64,000 bases of DNA from NCBI GenBank assembly GCA_041664625.1, contig JBAYKK010000004.1, positions 2,343-66,342 on the forward strand, read 5' to 3'. This document shows positions 8,944 to 17,253 of the stretch, in pieces. This DNA is from Minisyncoccota bacterium. GTDB lineage: Bacteria; Patescibacteriota; Minisyncoccia; Phycocordibacterales; WO2-35-19. The notes beneath the pieces were generated by a model. It ran no database searches. It was not told the DNA's origin and saw only the letters and a list, made by a program, of their open reading frames with translations. Numbering within the stretch: the first letter of the stretch is position 1; each line of letters starts with the position of its first letter. A program made the position numbers and the translations under genes.

Positions 8944-10259
8944 ATTATCTTTACCTCCCTCCCACTCACTTGAATCCTGCTCTTGAGGCAATCCAGTAGC
9001 TCTCTTTTCTCCCACATAGTACCCTCTTGGAGAAGATACTTGGCATAGTTACGAATATCTATATCGACTACCTTTATTTTCTCCACTTTTTGTCCAAGAA
9101 GACTGGATTGGAATTTTTTATATCGCCCTACTTCAACTTTAATCTTTTCCTTCATTCCAATCTCGTCCAGATCAATTTTGTCCATTAGTTTGGAGAATTG
9201 CTGAATTAAATCTTTCTCTTCTATATATTTCGCCTTGCAGTGCTTATTCTTGGATCTGGAGCATCCATAGTATATGTATTTGTGAACATTGCCATTTTGC
9301 TGATGCTTATATTTTTCGCAAGCGGTTATGCCAGAACCGCACAAGGAGCAAGTCATGAGTTTGGTAAAAGCGTACTCTTTACCGTAATCTTTCATCACAT
9401 GCTCCGAAATATTTTCCTGGGTTTTGTCGAAAAGCTCTTTGGTGATAATTGGCTCATGCTTGCCTTGATACCATTTACCGCTTCCTGCCGGATATTCAAA
9501 TGTACCGTAGTAGAAGTGGCAGCGAAGTGTTAAGTATATGTTACCGAGAGCCAAAAATTTGTTGTTTTTAGTTTTAAACTTGATCTCATCTTTTAGCCAT
9601 TTATGCACTCGTCTGCCAGACCAGTTTTCATAAGCCACTTTTTCAAACATTTTCCTGACTATAGGTGCTCTGTAATGATCAACTTTAACCTGACATTTCT
9701 CATCTTTATTTTTGCTGTTTAGGTATCCAACTGGAGCCGGAGCTGGCCAAAGTCCCATCTCGCATCTAGCTCTCAAACCTCTTTTAACATTTTCAACCTT
9801 GTTGTCATTCTCGAGTTTGGCCTGACTTCCTAAAATCATGAGAAGAAATTTCTCGTTAGGATTGTTTGTAAATTTCTGACCTCCATTGGTTCGGATTTCT
9901 CTGAGTAATCCTTGATCCATTAGGTCCACGATTCTGCCAAGGTCTCCGGCATTTCTTGAAATCCTGTCCGGTGCCCAAGTTAAAATTCCGTCAAATTTTC
10001 CTTGTTTTATTTCCTCCACAATCTCGTTAAAAACAGGTCTCTGTCCCGCTTCTTTAGCAGAATGAGATTCTCTCTTTGTAACCACGATATCCAAACCATT
10101 TTCAGCTGCCATTCTTTCCATTTCTTTAACTTGGCTTTCTATGCTCAAAATTTGTTTATCCTCTTCCTCGGTGCTTTTACGAGAATATAAACAATATTTG
10201 ATCTTTGTTGGGACTACCACTTTCGTTTGAGTTCCCAAAGGACTTTGCGTTGTTTGCAT
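8940..10259 (-). CDS. Large serine recombinase (resolvase + recombinase + zinc ribbon)
   Basis: YCLYSRKSTE..Q..SIESQ, DRISRN, APVGY, CSLCG..YYGC; paralog at 48896-50197. Confidence 0.95.
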   Translation of the reverse strand: MQTTQSPLGTQTKVVVPTKIKYCLYSRKSTEEEDKQILSIESQVKEMERMAAENGLDIVVTKRESHSAKEAGQRPVFNEIVEEIKQGKFDGILTWAPDRISRNAGDLGRIVDLMDQGLLREIRTNGGQKFTNNPNEKFLLMILGSQAKLENDNKVENVKRGLRARCEMGLWPAPAPVGYLNSKNKDEKCQVKVDHYRAPIVRKMFEKVAYENWSGRRVHKWLKDEIKFKTKNNKFLALGNIYLTLRCHFYYGTFEYPAGSGKWYQGKHEPIITKELFDKTQENISEHVMKDYGKEYAFTKLMTCSLCGSGITACEKYKHQQNGNVHKYIYYGCSRSKNKHCKAKYIEEKDLIQQFSKLMDKIDLDEIGMKEKIKVEVGRYKKFQSSLLGQKVEKIKVVDIDIRNYAKYLLQEGTMWEKRELLDCLKSRIQVSGREVKII

Positions 10260-10284
10260 ATTCCTTAAATTAGCTTGTATACCC

Positions 10285-10297
10285 AAGGAATGACGCT
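10285..10297 (-). promoter_or_regulatory. Conserved 13-bp motif (aaggaatgacgct) upstream of the recombinase
   Basis: Identical at 50203-50215, upstream of the second recombinase. Confidence 0.55.
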
Positions 10298-10397
10298 AAT
10301 CTCTATAAGAGTCTAGAGCATCTCGAGTTGGTAAGGTGTTTATACTCGCTCTTCAAAATGCTTTAAAATTGTGGCTTAAAGTGATAGTATTTCAATA

Positions 10398-13300
10398 ATG
10401 GAAATTGACCAAGATACATCTAAAAAAGTATTGGTTTTTATAAAAGAAAATCCTGGCAGTAAGGCACGGAAGATTTCATCTGTTCTTGATTTGGATAAAA
10501 AGGAAGTCAATAAATTACTCTATGGACCCCTCAAAGGCCAATGTAGACAAGATTCTGCGTACAACTGGTATCTAAAAGAAGATCTAAAAACAGAAGCGAT
10601 TACATCTATCAAACAAACGGTAAATACGCCTTTAGCTAGGCTATGCAATTATTATTCATCCTGTATTGCTGAGGATACCGGAGCAAAAGTTAGAGTGTTT
10701 GCTCAAAGTAAGTATGGGTTGGATTACAAGGAACTGGAAACAATTCCATCTTCTGAAGATACAAGCGAAATTTTTGAGTCATCAGAAGTACAAAATTTTT
10801 TAAATGAATCCCGAAAAGATAAATCCCAAATGTTATATTTTGGATATCCAGTATTAATGTCCCATGCACGTTCTAGCAAATCAGATTGGGAAGGATATTT
10901 TGTCAGTCCAATATTTCTATTTCCGATAAAAGTTGAAAACGACGGAGTAAATCTGGATCTAAATTTTCCGACTATAAATCGAGAAGTCTTGGAGCGATAT
11001 ACAGATGCAAAAGGCGAGGAGTTGATGAAAGAACTTGTTACCCTAGAAGAGGAACTCGGTATTTCAGGAGAAGGAGAACAACCTGAACTAGATGAGTTGA
11101 TTCAACGACTAAAGGTTTTACGTCCTGAATGGCAATGGGTTGAAGATCCTGATCCATACAACCTCGTGAAAGACCCTCCATTACGGGAATGTACTTCGGA
11201 AGGAATTTTTAATCGTGCAGTTGTAGTTAAAGTTCAGGAAGCTCCAAATAATTTTACGCAAGGTCTAGAATACGAATTAAGTCAATTGGCAAGGTTGTCT
11301 GAAAATGACTACAAAGACACAGCGTTGGGTCAATGGATATATAGAAATATCGGAGACGCAGGCGAGAAAAATTTAAACTCTTTGCTTGAGGTGTTCCCTA
11401 TGAATCTAGAGCAACGCGAAGCTGTTCAGAATGCACTAGTAAATGATCTGACCATTATTACCGGACCACCAGGTACCGGAAAATCACAAGTAGTTACTAA
11501 CTTACTTATCAATGCCGCTTGGCAAAAAAAGCGAGTGTTATTTGCAAGTAAAAATAACAAAGCTGTTGATGTAGTTGAAAGTCGTGTGAATAATATCGGA
11601 ACACGTCCAATTCTTTTACGTCTTGGTGGCAAGGGTGATTATCAAGATCAATTAGTTTCCCATCTTTCAAACTTGCTTGCTACAACCGTGGATCAGCAAG
11701 ATGAGCGGGAATTTGCAGAACGAAAACAAGAATTTGAAGATGTGCATGCCGAGCTGTTAAATATTGACTCGCAAATTAATGATTTAGTAATTCTTAGGAA
11801 TAAAGTCGATGAATTAGATAGAGATATTAATGATGCCAGAAATGATCTATCAGAGGATATTTTTGCTCTTATAAAAAATAAAAGATTTTTAAGTGTTAAA
11901 CCTGAAATTGAAATTTTGCTTAATAAATTAGAGTATGCGCTAAAGCCCAAAATTTCGTTTTTTGAAAAAATTGGAGAATTTCTTTTTGGTAGCAAAATAA
12001 GTAACGATATTATTGCAAGAACTACAGAGTTACAAGGTACTCTATCTGAACTTGATATTAGTATTCCAACACAGCCATTAAATAAGTACTCGCAGCAAGT
12101 TTGGGTTGTATTTAAAGATGAGTTACAGCATCGCTGGAATCAAACAGAGCGAGTAAGAAAATATTTTTATTCTCTAGAAGAACTGCAAAAATCTGATTCG
12201 TTGGAGACATTAACTAAACAAAGACTGAATCTTTTAAATAGGATGTCCGATAAATCTTCAGTACTTTGGAAGTTGTGGCTCAAGTTGCAAATTGGGCGAT
12301 TGTCACACGATGACAGATCTCTCCTTAGCCAATATAGATCTACTTTGCAAATGGCCTCTGGCTCTAATCCTACACAAAGTGTCTGGAGAAATTACTATAG
12401 CCAATCACAAAAAATTTCTCATATTCTATCCACTTGGGCTGTAACGTCACTATCAGCAAAAGGTAGAATTCCGCTTAGTAAAAATATATTTGATCTGGTA
12501 GTTTTCGACGAATCAAGCCAGTGTGATATTGCTTCTGCACTCCCACTTCTATATAGGGCAAAGCAAGCTGTAGTTATTGGAGATCCTAAACAGCTGTCTC
12601 ATATTAGTTCAATCTCTAAAAAACAAGACGAGCGTCTTTTGGAAAAATATGGTTTATTAGATACCCATAGCGATTGGGCATATTCATATAATTCTCTATT
12701 TGATCTTGCGGCTGGTCTTTCGCGCGGTACTGGTATTATTGATTTACGAGATCACTATAGGTCTCATGCAGATATTATTAATTTTTCAAATCAATTCTTT
12801 TATAAAGGCCGCCTTAGAATCGCAACTCGATACGATTCACTTAAACGGCCAAAGGACGAAAATGCAGGTATTAGGTGGATAAATGTCGAAGGTCGTGCAG
12901 AAAAAGCACCACTGGGTAGTGGATCACAAAATAAACAAGAAGCTGAGGTGGTAGTTACAGAGCTACGAAGACTTTTTGAGCAAGGATATAAAGGAACTAT
13001 TGGTGTTGTTAGTCCATTTAGGGCACAAGCCAATTTGATACGTAAATTAATCAACGAGGATAGTGAACTCCTTGGATGGTTATCTACATGCGAATTTATA
13101 AGTGAGACTGTTCATAAATTCCAAGGGGATGAGCGAGATATCATTATATTTTCACCTGTCATTTCTAAAGGCATGCCTAATGGTTCAACGCTATTTCTAC
13201 AGAAAACGGGGAACCTGTTTAATGTGGCTATTACTCGCGCGCGAGCAATGTTAATCGTTATTGGCGACCACGAAGCCGTACTTCACTCTGATATTTTGTA

Positions 13301-13727
13301 CATGGAAAAGTTTGCCCAACACGTCAATGAAATTGGTAAACAAAAAGAATATAAAATAATACAAAGTACCAGTCTCGGTCCAGAGTATCCGACAGTTAAA
13401 AATCCAGAGTTAGTTTCAGATTGGGAACATATTTTTTATAAAGCTTTATACGATGCTGGGATATGTCCAATTCCTCAGTATCAGGAAGAAATGTATATTC
13501 TAGATTTTGCAATTTTTGACGGAGACAAAAAACTTAATATAGAAATAGACGGAGAACATTATCATAAAGATTGGACTGGAGAATTATGCTACAGAGATCA
13601 AATGAGAAACCAGAGAATGTATGAATTGGGTTGGGATGTGATGAGATTCTGGGTGTATGAAGTCAGGGATGATCTAGACGGTTGTATCAAAAAAATTAAT
13701 GATTGGATAAGTCCAAGTAATAAGTAA
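10398..13727 (+). CDS. SF1 (DNA2/NAM7-like) helicase with C-terminal DUF559/Vsr-like nuclease; putative defence protein
   Basis: GPPGTGKS, VFDESSQ, GDPKQL, HYRS, TVHKFQGDE, NVAITRAR; C-terminal LDFA...IEIDGEHYH...RD..R...LGW.VMRFW. Confidence 0.88.
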   Translation: MEIDQDTSKKVLVFIKENPGSKARKISSVLDLDKKEVNKLLYGPLKGQCRQDSAYNWYLKEDLKTEAITSIKQTVNTPLARLCNYYSSCIAEDTGAKVRVFAQSKYGLDYKELETIPSSEDTSEIFESSEVQNFLNESRKDKSQMLYFGYPVLMSHARSSKSDWEGYFVSPIFLFPIKVENDGVNLDLNFPTINREVLERYTDAKGEELMKELVTLEEELGISGEGEQPELDELIQRLKVLRPEWQWVEDPDPYNLVKDPPLRECTSEGIFNRAVVVKVQEAPNNFTQGLEYELSQLARLSENDYKDTALGQWIYRNIGDAGEKNLNSLLEVFPMNLEQREAVQNALVNDLTIITGPPGTGKSQVVTNLLINAAWQKKRVLFASKNNKAVDVVESRVNNIGTRPILLRLGGKGDYQDQLVSHLSNLLATTVDQQDEREFAERKQEFEDVHAELLNIDSQINDLVILRNKVDELDRDINDARNDLSEDIFALIKNKRFLSVKPEIEILLNKLEYALKPKISFFEKIGEFLFGSKISNDIIARTTELQGTLSELDISIPTQPLNKYSQQVWVVFKDELQHRWNQTERVRKYFYSLEELQKSDSLETLTKQRLNLLNRMSDKSSVLWKLWLKLQIGRLSHDDRSLLSQYRSTLQMASGSNPTQSVWRNYYSQSQKISHILSTWAVTSLSAKGRIPLSKNIFDLVVFDESSQCDIASALPLLYRAKQAVVIGDPKQLSHISSISKKQDERLLEKYGLLDTHSDWAYSYNSLFDLAAGLSRGTGIIDLRDHYRSHADIINFSNQFFYKGRLRIATRYDSLKRPKDENAGIRWINVEGRAEKAPLGSGSQNKQEAEVVVTELRRLFEQGYKGTIGVVSPFRAQANLIRKLINEDSELLGWLSTCEFISETVHKFQGDERDIIIFSPVISKGMPNGSTLFLQKTGNLFNVAITRARAMLIVIGDHEAVLHSDILYMEKFAQHVNEIGKQKEYKIIQSTSLGPEYPTVKNPELVSDWEHIFYKALYDAGICPIPQYQEEMYILDFAIFDGDKKLNIEIDGEHYHKDWTGELCYRDQMRNQRMYELGWDVMRFWVYEVRDDLDGCIKKINDWISPSNK

Positions 13728-13778
13728 TCAAACACTAAATAAAAATATATTATTTAGAATTTTTATTTAAAAAAATTT

Positions 13779-14579
13779 ATGTTCATACCAAAAAAAATTC
13801 TTTGTGCTGTCGGCGGGGTTGTAGTGTTAGTCGCTGTTTTCTTAATTGGGGTCTCGTCTGGAAATAAAAGTGAAAATTTAATATCAGAACAAACTGCGAC
13901 AGTGGTAGATTCAGATACGGCTAATACCAGTATTACTCCCAAATCTGGTGAGTTGGTCAAAGTGGTCAGAGTAGTAGATGGCGATACCATTAATGTTGAA
14001 ATAAATGGCAAAGTAGAGCCGGTGCGATATATAGGTATTGATACTCCAGAGACAGTTGATCCACGCAAGCCGGTACAATGCTTCGGAGTTGAAGCGTCAA
14101 AGAAAAATAAAGAATTAGTGGATGGTAAAATGGTGAGATTGGAAACTGATATCACTGATCGCGATAAATACAATCGACTACTTCGTTATGTTTGGCTTGA
14201 TGACAAGCTAATAAATCAGGCGTTAGTAGAACAAGGTTACGCTAAGTCATACTCATACCCTCCAGATATTAAATACCAAGATAAATTTGTGGTAGCCGAA
14301 AAACAGGCCAGAGAAAATAAACTGGGTCTTTGGACCGCTTGTGCTTCAGAAACAACTACGACGACAGTTCCAACTCCAACACAAACATCTTCATCTACTT
14401 CCGATCCTTCCTGTACCATTAAGGGTAATATAAGTTCGTCAGGAGAGAAGATTTATCACATGCAAGGTTGTGGTTCGTATTCAAAAGCCACCATAGATGA
14501 AAGTCGTGGTGAAAAATGGTTTTGTACAGAAACAGAGGCCCAATCTGCAGGTTGGAGAAAAGCTTTAAATTGTAATTAA
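13779..14579 (+). CDS. Membrane-anchored thermonuclease (SNase) with C-terminal Cys-rich domain
   Basis: VRVVDGDTI, VRYIGIDTPE, RDKYNRLLRYV; C-terminal CTIKGNI..GEKIYH..GC..WFC. Confidence 0.92.
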   Translation: MFIPKKILCAVGGVVVLVAVFLIGVSSGNKSENLISEQTATVVDSDTANTSITPKSGELVKVVRVVDGDTINVEINGKVEPVRYIGIDTPETVDPRKPVQCFGVEASKKNKELVDGKMVRLETDITDRDKYNRLLRYVWLDDKLINQALVEQGYAKSYSYPPDIKYQDKFVVAEKQARENKLGLWTACASETTTTTVPTPTQTSSSTSDPSCTIKGNISSSGEKIYHMQGCGSYSKATIDESRGEKWFCTETEAQSAGWRKALNCN

Positions 14580-14587
14580 AATATAAA

Positions 14588-15577
14588 ATGGATCAAGAAA
14601 ACAATAAAAACAAAAAACGTCTTTGGGCTACGATTACAGGTATTGTCATTACCATATTAGCCGCATTCTTGTATTTAATATTTTTTCAAACAGCTGAATC
14701 ACAAGCAGAACCGGAGAGGTTTGTAATGCCTCTAAAATCGGATCAAACTGCTTTCGGTTTACTAAAATCTCAAGAATTTATAAAAAATAATTTTGGTTTT
14801 GGGATAGCAAGCTTGCTAAGAGGCCTGGGAGGTGTTGATCCTGGTGGTTACAAAATTTCCAAATCAATGACCGCGTGGCAAATTGCTGGAATTTTGAATC
14901 AGGAACCGTATATGAAATGGGTGGTGATACCGGAGGGATTAAGAAAAGAAGAAATTGCTGATTTGCTTACCACTACTCTCGGTTGGTCAGAAAAAGAAAA
15001 GAGTGATTGGATAAACACTTACACTGCTATGGATTTTGATCACACAGAGGGTGTATATTTCCCCGACACTTACCTCATTCCGGTAGACGAATCTCCGCTT
15101 GATGTAGCTAAAAGATTAAGAGCGAAGTTTGAAGAAAAATTCGCTCCGTATGCAAAAGAAGCGCTAGCCGAAGATATTAAATGGACGACCCTTATAAAAC
15201 TTGCTTCTATCATTCAACGAGAGGCAAACGGACATGACGATATGCCACTAATAGCAGGTATTCTATGGAATAGATTGCTCAAAAATATGAAGCTTGAGGT
15301 TGATGCCACCTTGCAGTATGCAAGGGGTGACAAAGGAGATGGTTGGTGGGCGCCAATTACACCTGCCGAAAAACAAATCGACTCACCTTACAACACTTAC
15401 AAGAACACCGGCTTGCCGTTTCATCCAATCTCCAATCCCGGTCTTTCCGCGATAGAAGCAGCCCTGCATCCTACCTCCACGAATTGTTTATATTATCTCC
15501 ACGACAGTTCCGGAGAAATCCATTGTTCAGATACGTTTGAGGGCCACAAGCAAAATATTACTAATTATTTAAAATAA
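14588..15577 (+). CDS. mltG: Endolytic transglycosylase MltG (YceG-like)
   Basis: IPEG, EGVYFPDTY, LASIIQRE, LEVDATLQY, SPYNTY..GLP..PISNPG. Confidence 0.92.
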   Translation: MDQENNKNKKRLWATITGIVITILAAFLYLIFFQTAESQAEPERFVMPLKSDQTAFGLLKSQEFIKNNFGFGIASLLRGLGGVDPGGYKISKSMTAWQIAGILNQEPYMKWVVIPEGLRKEEIADLLTTTLGWSEKEKSDWINTYTAMDFDHTEGVYFPDTYLIPVDESPLDVAKRLRAKFEEKFAPYAKEALAEDIKWTTLIKLASIIQREANGHDDMPLIAGILWNRLLKNMKLEVDATLQYARGDKGDGWWAPITPAEKQIDSPYNTYKNTGLPFHPISNPGLSAIEAALHPTSTNCLYYLHDSSGEIHCSDTFEGHKQNITNYLK

Positions 15578-15581
15578 AAAT

Positions 15582-15737
15582 ATGAAAAAACCGAAATTCA
15601 TAAATCTTACAGTATTTATAATCTTTTTTGGAACAGCGCTTTTTGGAGCATTTCAGAAACAAAATTGGATAGAGGTAACACTCTATTTGGCTTTGGGCGT
15701 TCTGTTTCTTTGGGCAGATAGCCAAAGAAAAACTTGA
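15582..15737 (+). CDS. Small two-TM protein (51 aa)
   Basis: Manual translation MKKPKFINLTVFIIFFGTALFGAFQKQNWIEVTLYLALGVLFLWADSQRKT, 4 nt after the mltG stop. Confidence 0.65.
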   Translation: MKKPKFINLTVFIIFFGTALFGAFQKQNWIEVTLYLALGVLFLWADSQRKT

Positions 15738-15742
15738 AATAG

Positions 15743-15844
15743 TTCTTGGGGTTTCTTATCATGCTCGCAATTATATTCTATTTCGGATATAAGAAAGGCG
15801 AAAAACCGCGTTGGCAGTGGGGACCGTCTAAAGATAAGAAATAA
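15743..15844 (+). pseudogene. 3' remnant of a small membrane protein (…YKKGEKPRWQWG…)
   Basis: In-frame FLGFLIMLAIIFYFGYKKGEKPRWQWGPSKDKK* preceded by a stop; looks 5'-truncated. Confidence 0.4.
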
Positions 15845-15861
15845 ACATAACAATATAAAAT

Positions 15862-16005
15862 ATGGACTCTGATGAAATTTTAGAGCTGGTAAAAGAAGGT
15901 ATTATTGAACCAGACCAGGTCGAGGATTTTGAAAACCTTGACCCCGAAATTCAAGAATTGGTAGCCAATAGCGATTTAGATATAGATGAAGCTTTGGGTT
16001 TGTAG
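15862..16005 (+). CDS. 47-aa highly acidic protein
   Basis: MDSDEILELVKEGIIEPDQVEDFENLDPEIQELVANSDLDIDEALGL; homolog at 61652-61795. Confidence 0.75.
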   Translation: MDSDEILELVKEGIIEPDQVEDFENLDPEIQELVANSDLDIDEALGL

Positions 16006-16281
16006 CAAAAAACTCCCGTCTCCGGAAGTTCTTTGCGGGAATAGCAAGCTACTTTGAAGGGAGAAAAGATTTCGTCGCTTGTCTCACACTTTGTTCGCTT
16101 CCCGACTCTCAATTATGCTCCTGTTATGCTCAGCCGAGCTCTTGGTACATCCGTAAACCAGTCCGTTGCTTTTTACCGCACCCTCTGTCTTTAGACAAAT
16201 CCACCGCACAAGGCGAATGACGGTCTTATTACAACCCCCGTTCCAAGCTAAGCTTGAAAATACCAATTCTCGCTATTCCGC
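16003..16281 (-). ncRNA. ~280-nt structured non-coding RNA, copy 1 (unassigned family)
   Basis: 273-nt block repeated at 61318-61590; extended -10 (TGATAGAAT) upstream, terminator downstream, long 5'/3' closing stem, compensatory changes. Confidence 0.75.
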
Positions 16282-16297
16282 TGTAATTCTATCAAAT

Positions 16298-16930
16298 TCA
16301 TTGCCATGGCACCACTTTCAGCATGGGCCAGATATGGATCCATTTTTCTACTTTCTTCATGTATATGTCCTCGGTTATTTTCTTTTTGTTTGGTCTAACC
16401 ACTAATTGCATTAGATCGTTTAATCTATAAGGAGCGTAAATTTTAAGTTCGTCATTCTCCAATCTAACTCCTACGGCAGTAGCAGTGGTTGGGTATTGAG
16501 ATATTGCATCTTCGATTGAAAGAAACGGGTCAATCGGAAATCCAAAATGCTTTTCATACCACAAATGGACCCTGGCTTGATTTCGTATTTCAATAGAAAT
16601 ATCTCCGAATATTTTCTTGCTTTTCTTTATGAACTTATCCTCCGCCTCATATGAAAGGTCAGAGTCGTCAAAATACACTAAATCATAATCGCCAATTCCA
16701 TAATTCAAATCGTATCTATGTTTATGGTTCCAAATCGTCTGAGCCAAGCAACCAGCCGTCAAATACCAGTTTTTCATTTCCAAAGAAGGCGCTCTATAAA
16801 GTATCTCTTTTATTACCTCATTTTGGAGCAAAATTTCCTTGAAATATTCCATTGACCAGAATATATCAGTTTGGGAGTGGGTAGACAAGAATCCAGCCAT
16901 TGGTAATTTTTTCATACTTGCATACCACAT
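16298..16930 (-). CDS. Nucleotidyltransferase family protein (DUF925-like)
   Basis: WYLTAGCLAQTIWN, GIGDYDLVYFD, EIRNQARVHLWY, YPTTATAVGVR; start uncertain. Confidence 0.85.
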   Translation of the reverse strand: MWYASMKKLPMAGFLSTHSQTDIFWSMEYFKEILLQNEVIKEILYRAPSLEMKNWYLTAGCLAQTIWNHKHRYDLNYGIGDYDLVYFDDSDLSYEAEDKFIKKSKKIFGDISIEIRNQARVHLWYEKHFGFPIDPFLSIEDAISQYPTTATAVGVRLENDELKIYAPYRLNDLMQLVVRPNKKKITEDIYMKKVEKWIHIWPMLKVVPWQ

Positions 16931-16989
16931 AAGTCATTGTTTTATATTTCTGATTTTGATATTCTGATATGGACAATTGAATAAGAATG

Positions 16990-17132
16990 GCCTAAACCAG
17001 TGCTAAAACATTGGCATGGCAAAAAGTCCTTGGAAGATAAAGAACCCATCATGGGGTCGTCTTCCAAGGCCATATCGGGAAACCGGTATGAGAGGCTTCG
17101 ATCCTCTATCCGTGGTGGGCTTTTTGTTGTTC
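16990..17132 (+). ncRNA. Pseudoknotted RNA motif with GAAA tetraloop and 11-nt-type receptor, copy A
   Basis: Same helix order as 25221-25371 with covarying stems. Confidence 0.7.
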
Positions 17133-17253
17133 AGATTATTAAAATATGGGAAACTTACAAAGTAAAAGAATTTGATTAATATGTACACTCTCTTTGACAA
17201 TTTCAAAGAATAATGTATTATTAAATTATTCAATAATCATTAGCATTATTACC

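Noticed and set aside
13779-15577. Assembly artefact causing the duplicated modules
   Set aside because: The copies differ by many dispersed substitutions and have different neighbours
16084-16266. 60-aa minus-strand ORF conserved in both copies of the 273-nt repeat (also 61399-61581)
   Set aside because: TTG start, and several differences between copies are non-conservative (L/F, L/R, G/I, C/Y, K/E) while preserving RNA pairing; better explained as ncRNA
16990-17132. Cyclic di-GMP-I or Moco riboswitch (shared GCCUAAAC receptor-like string)
   Set aside because: The GGCAAA/GACGCAAA core of c-di-GMP-I and the CCUCCC..GGAAAGGAG end of Moco are absent; only the generic tetraloop receptor is shared
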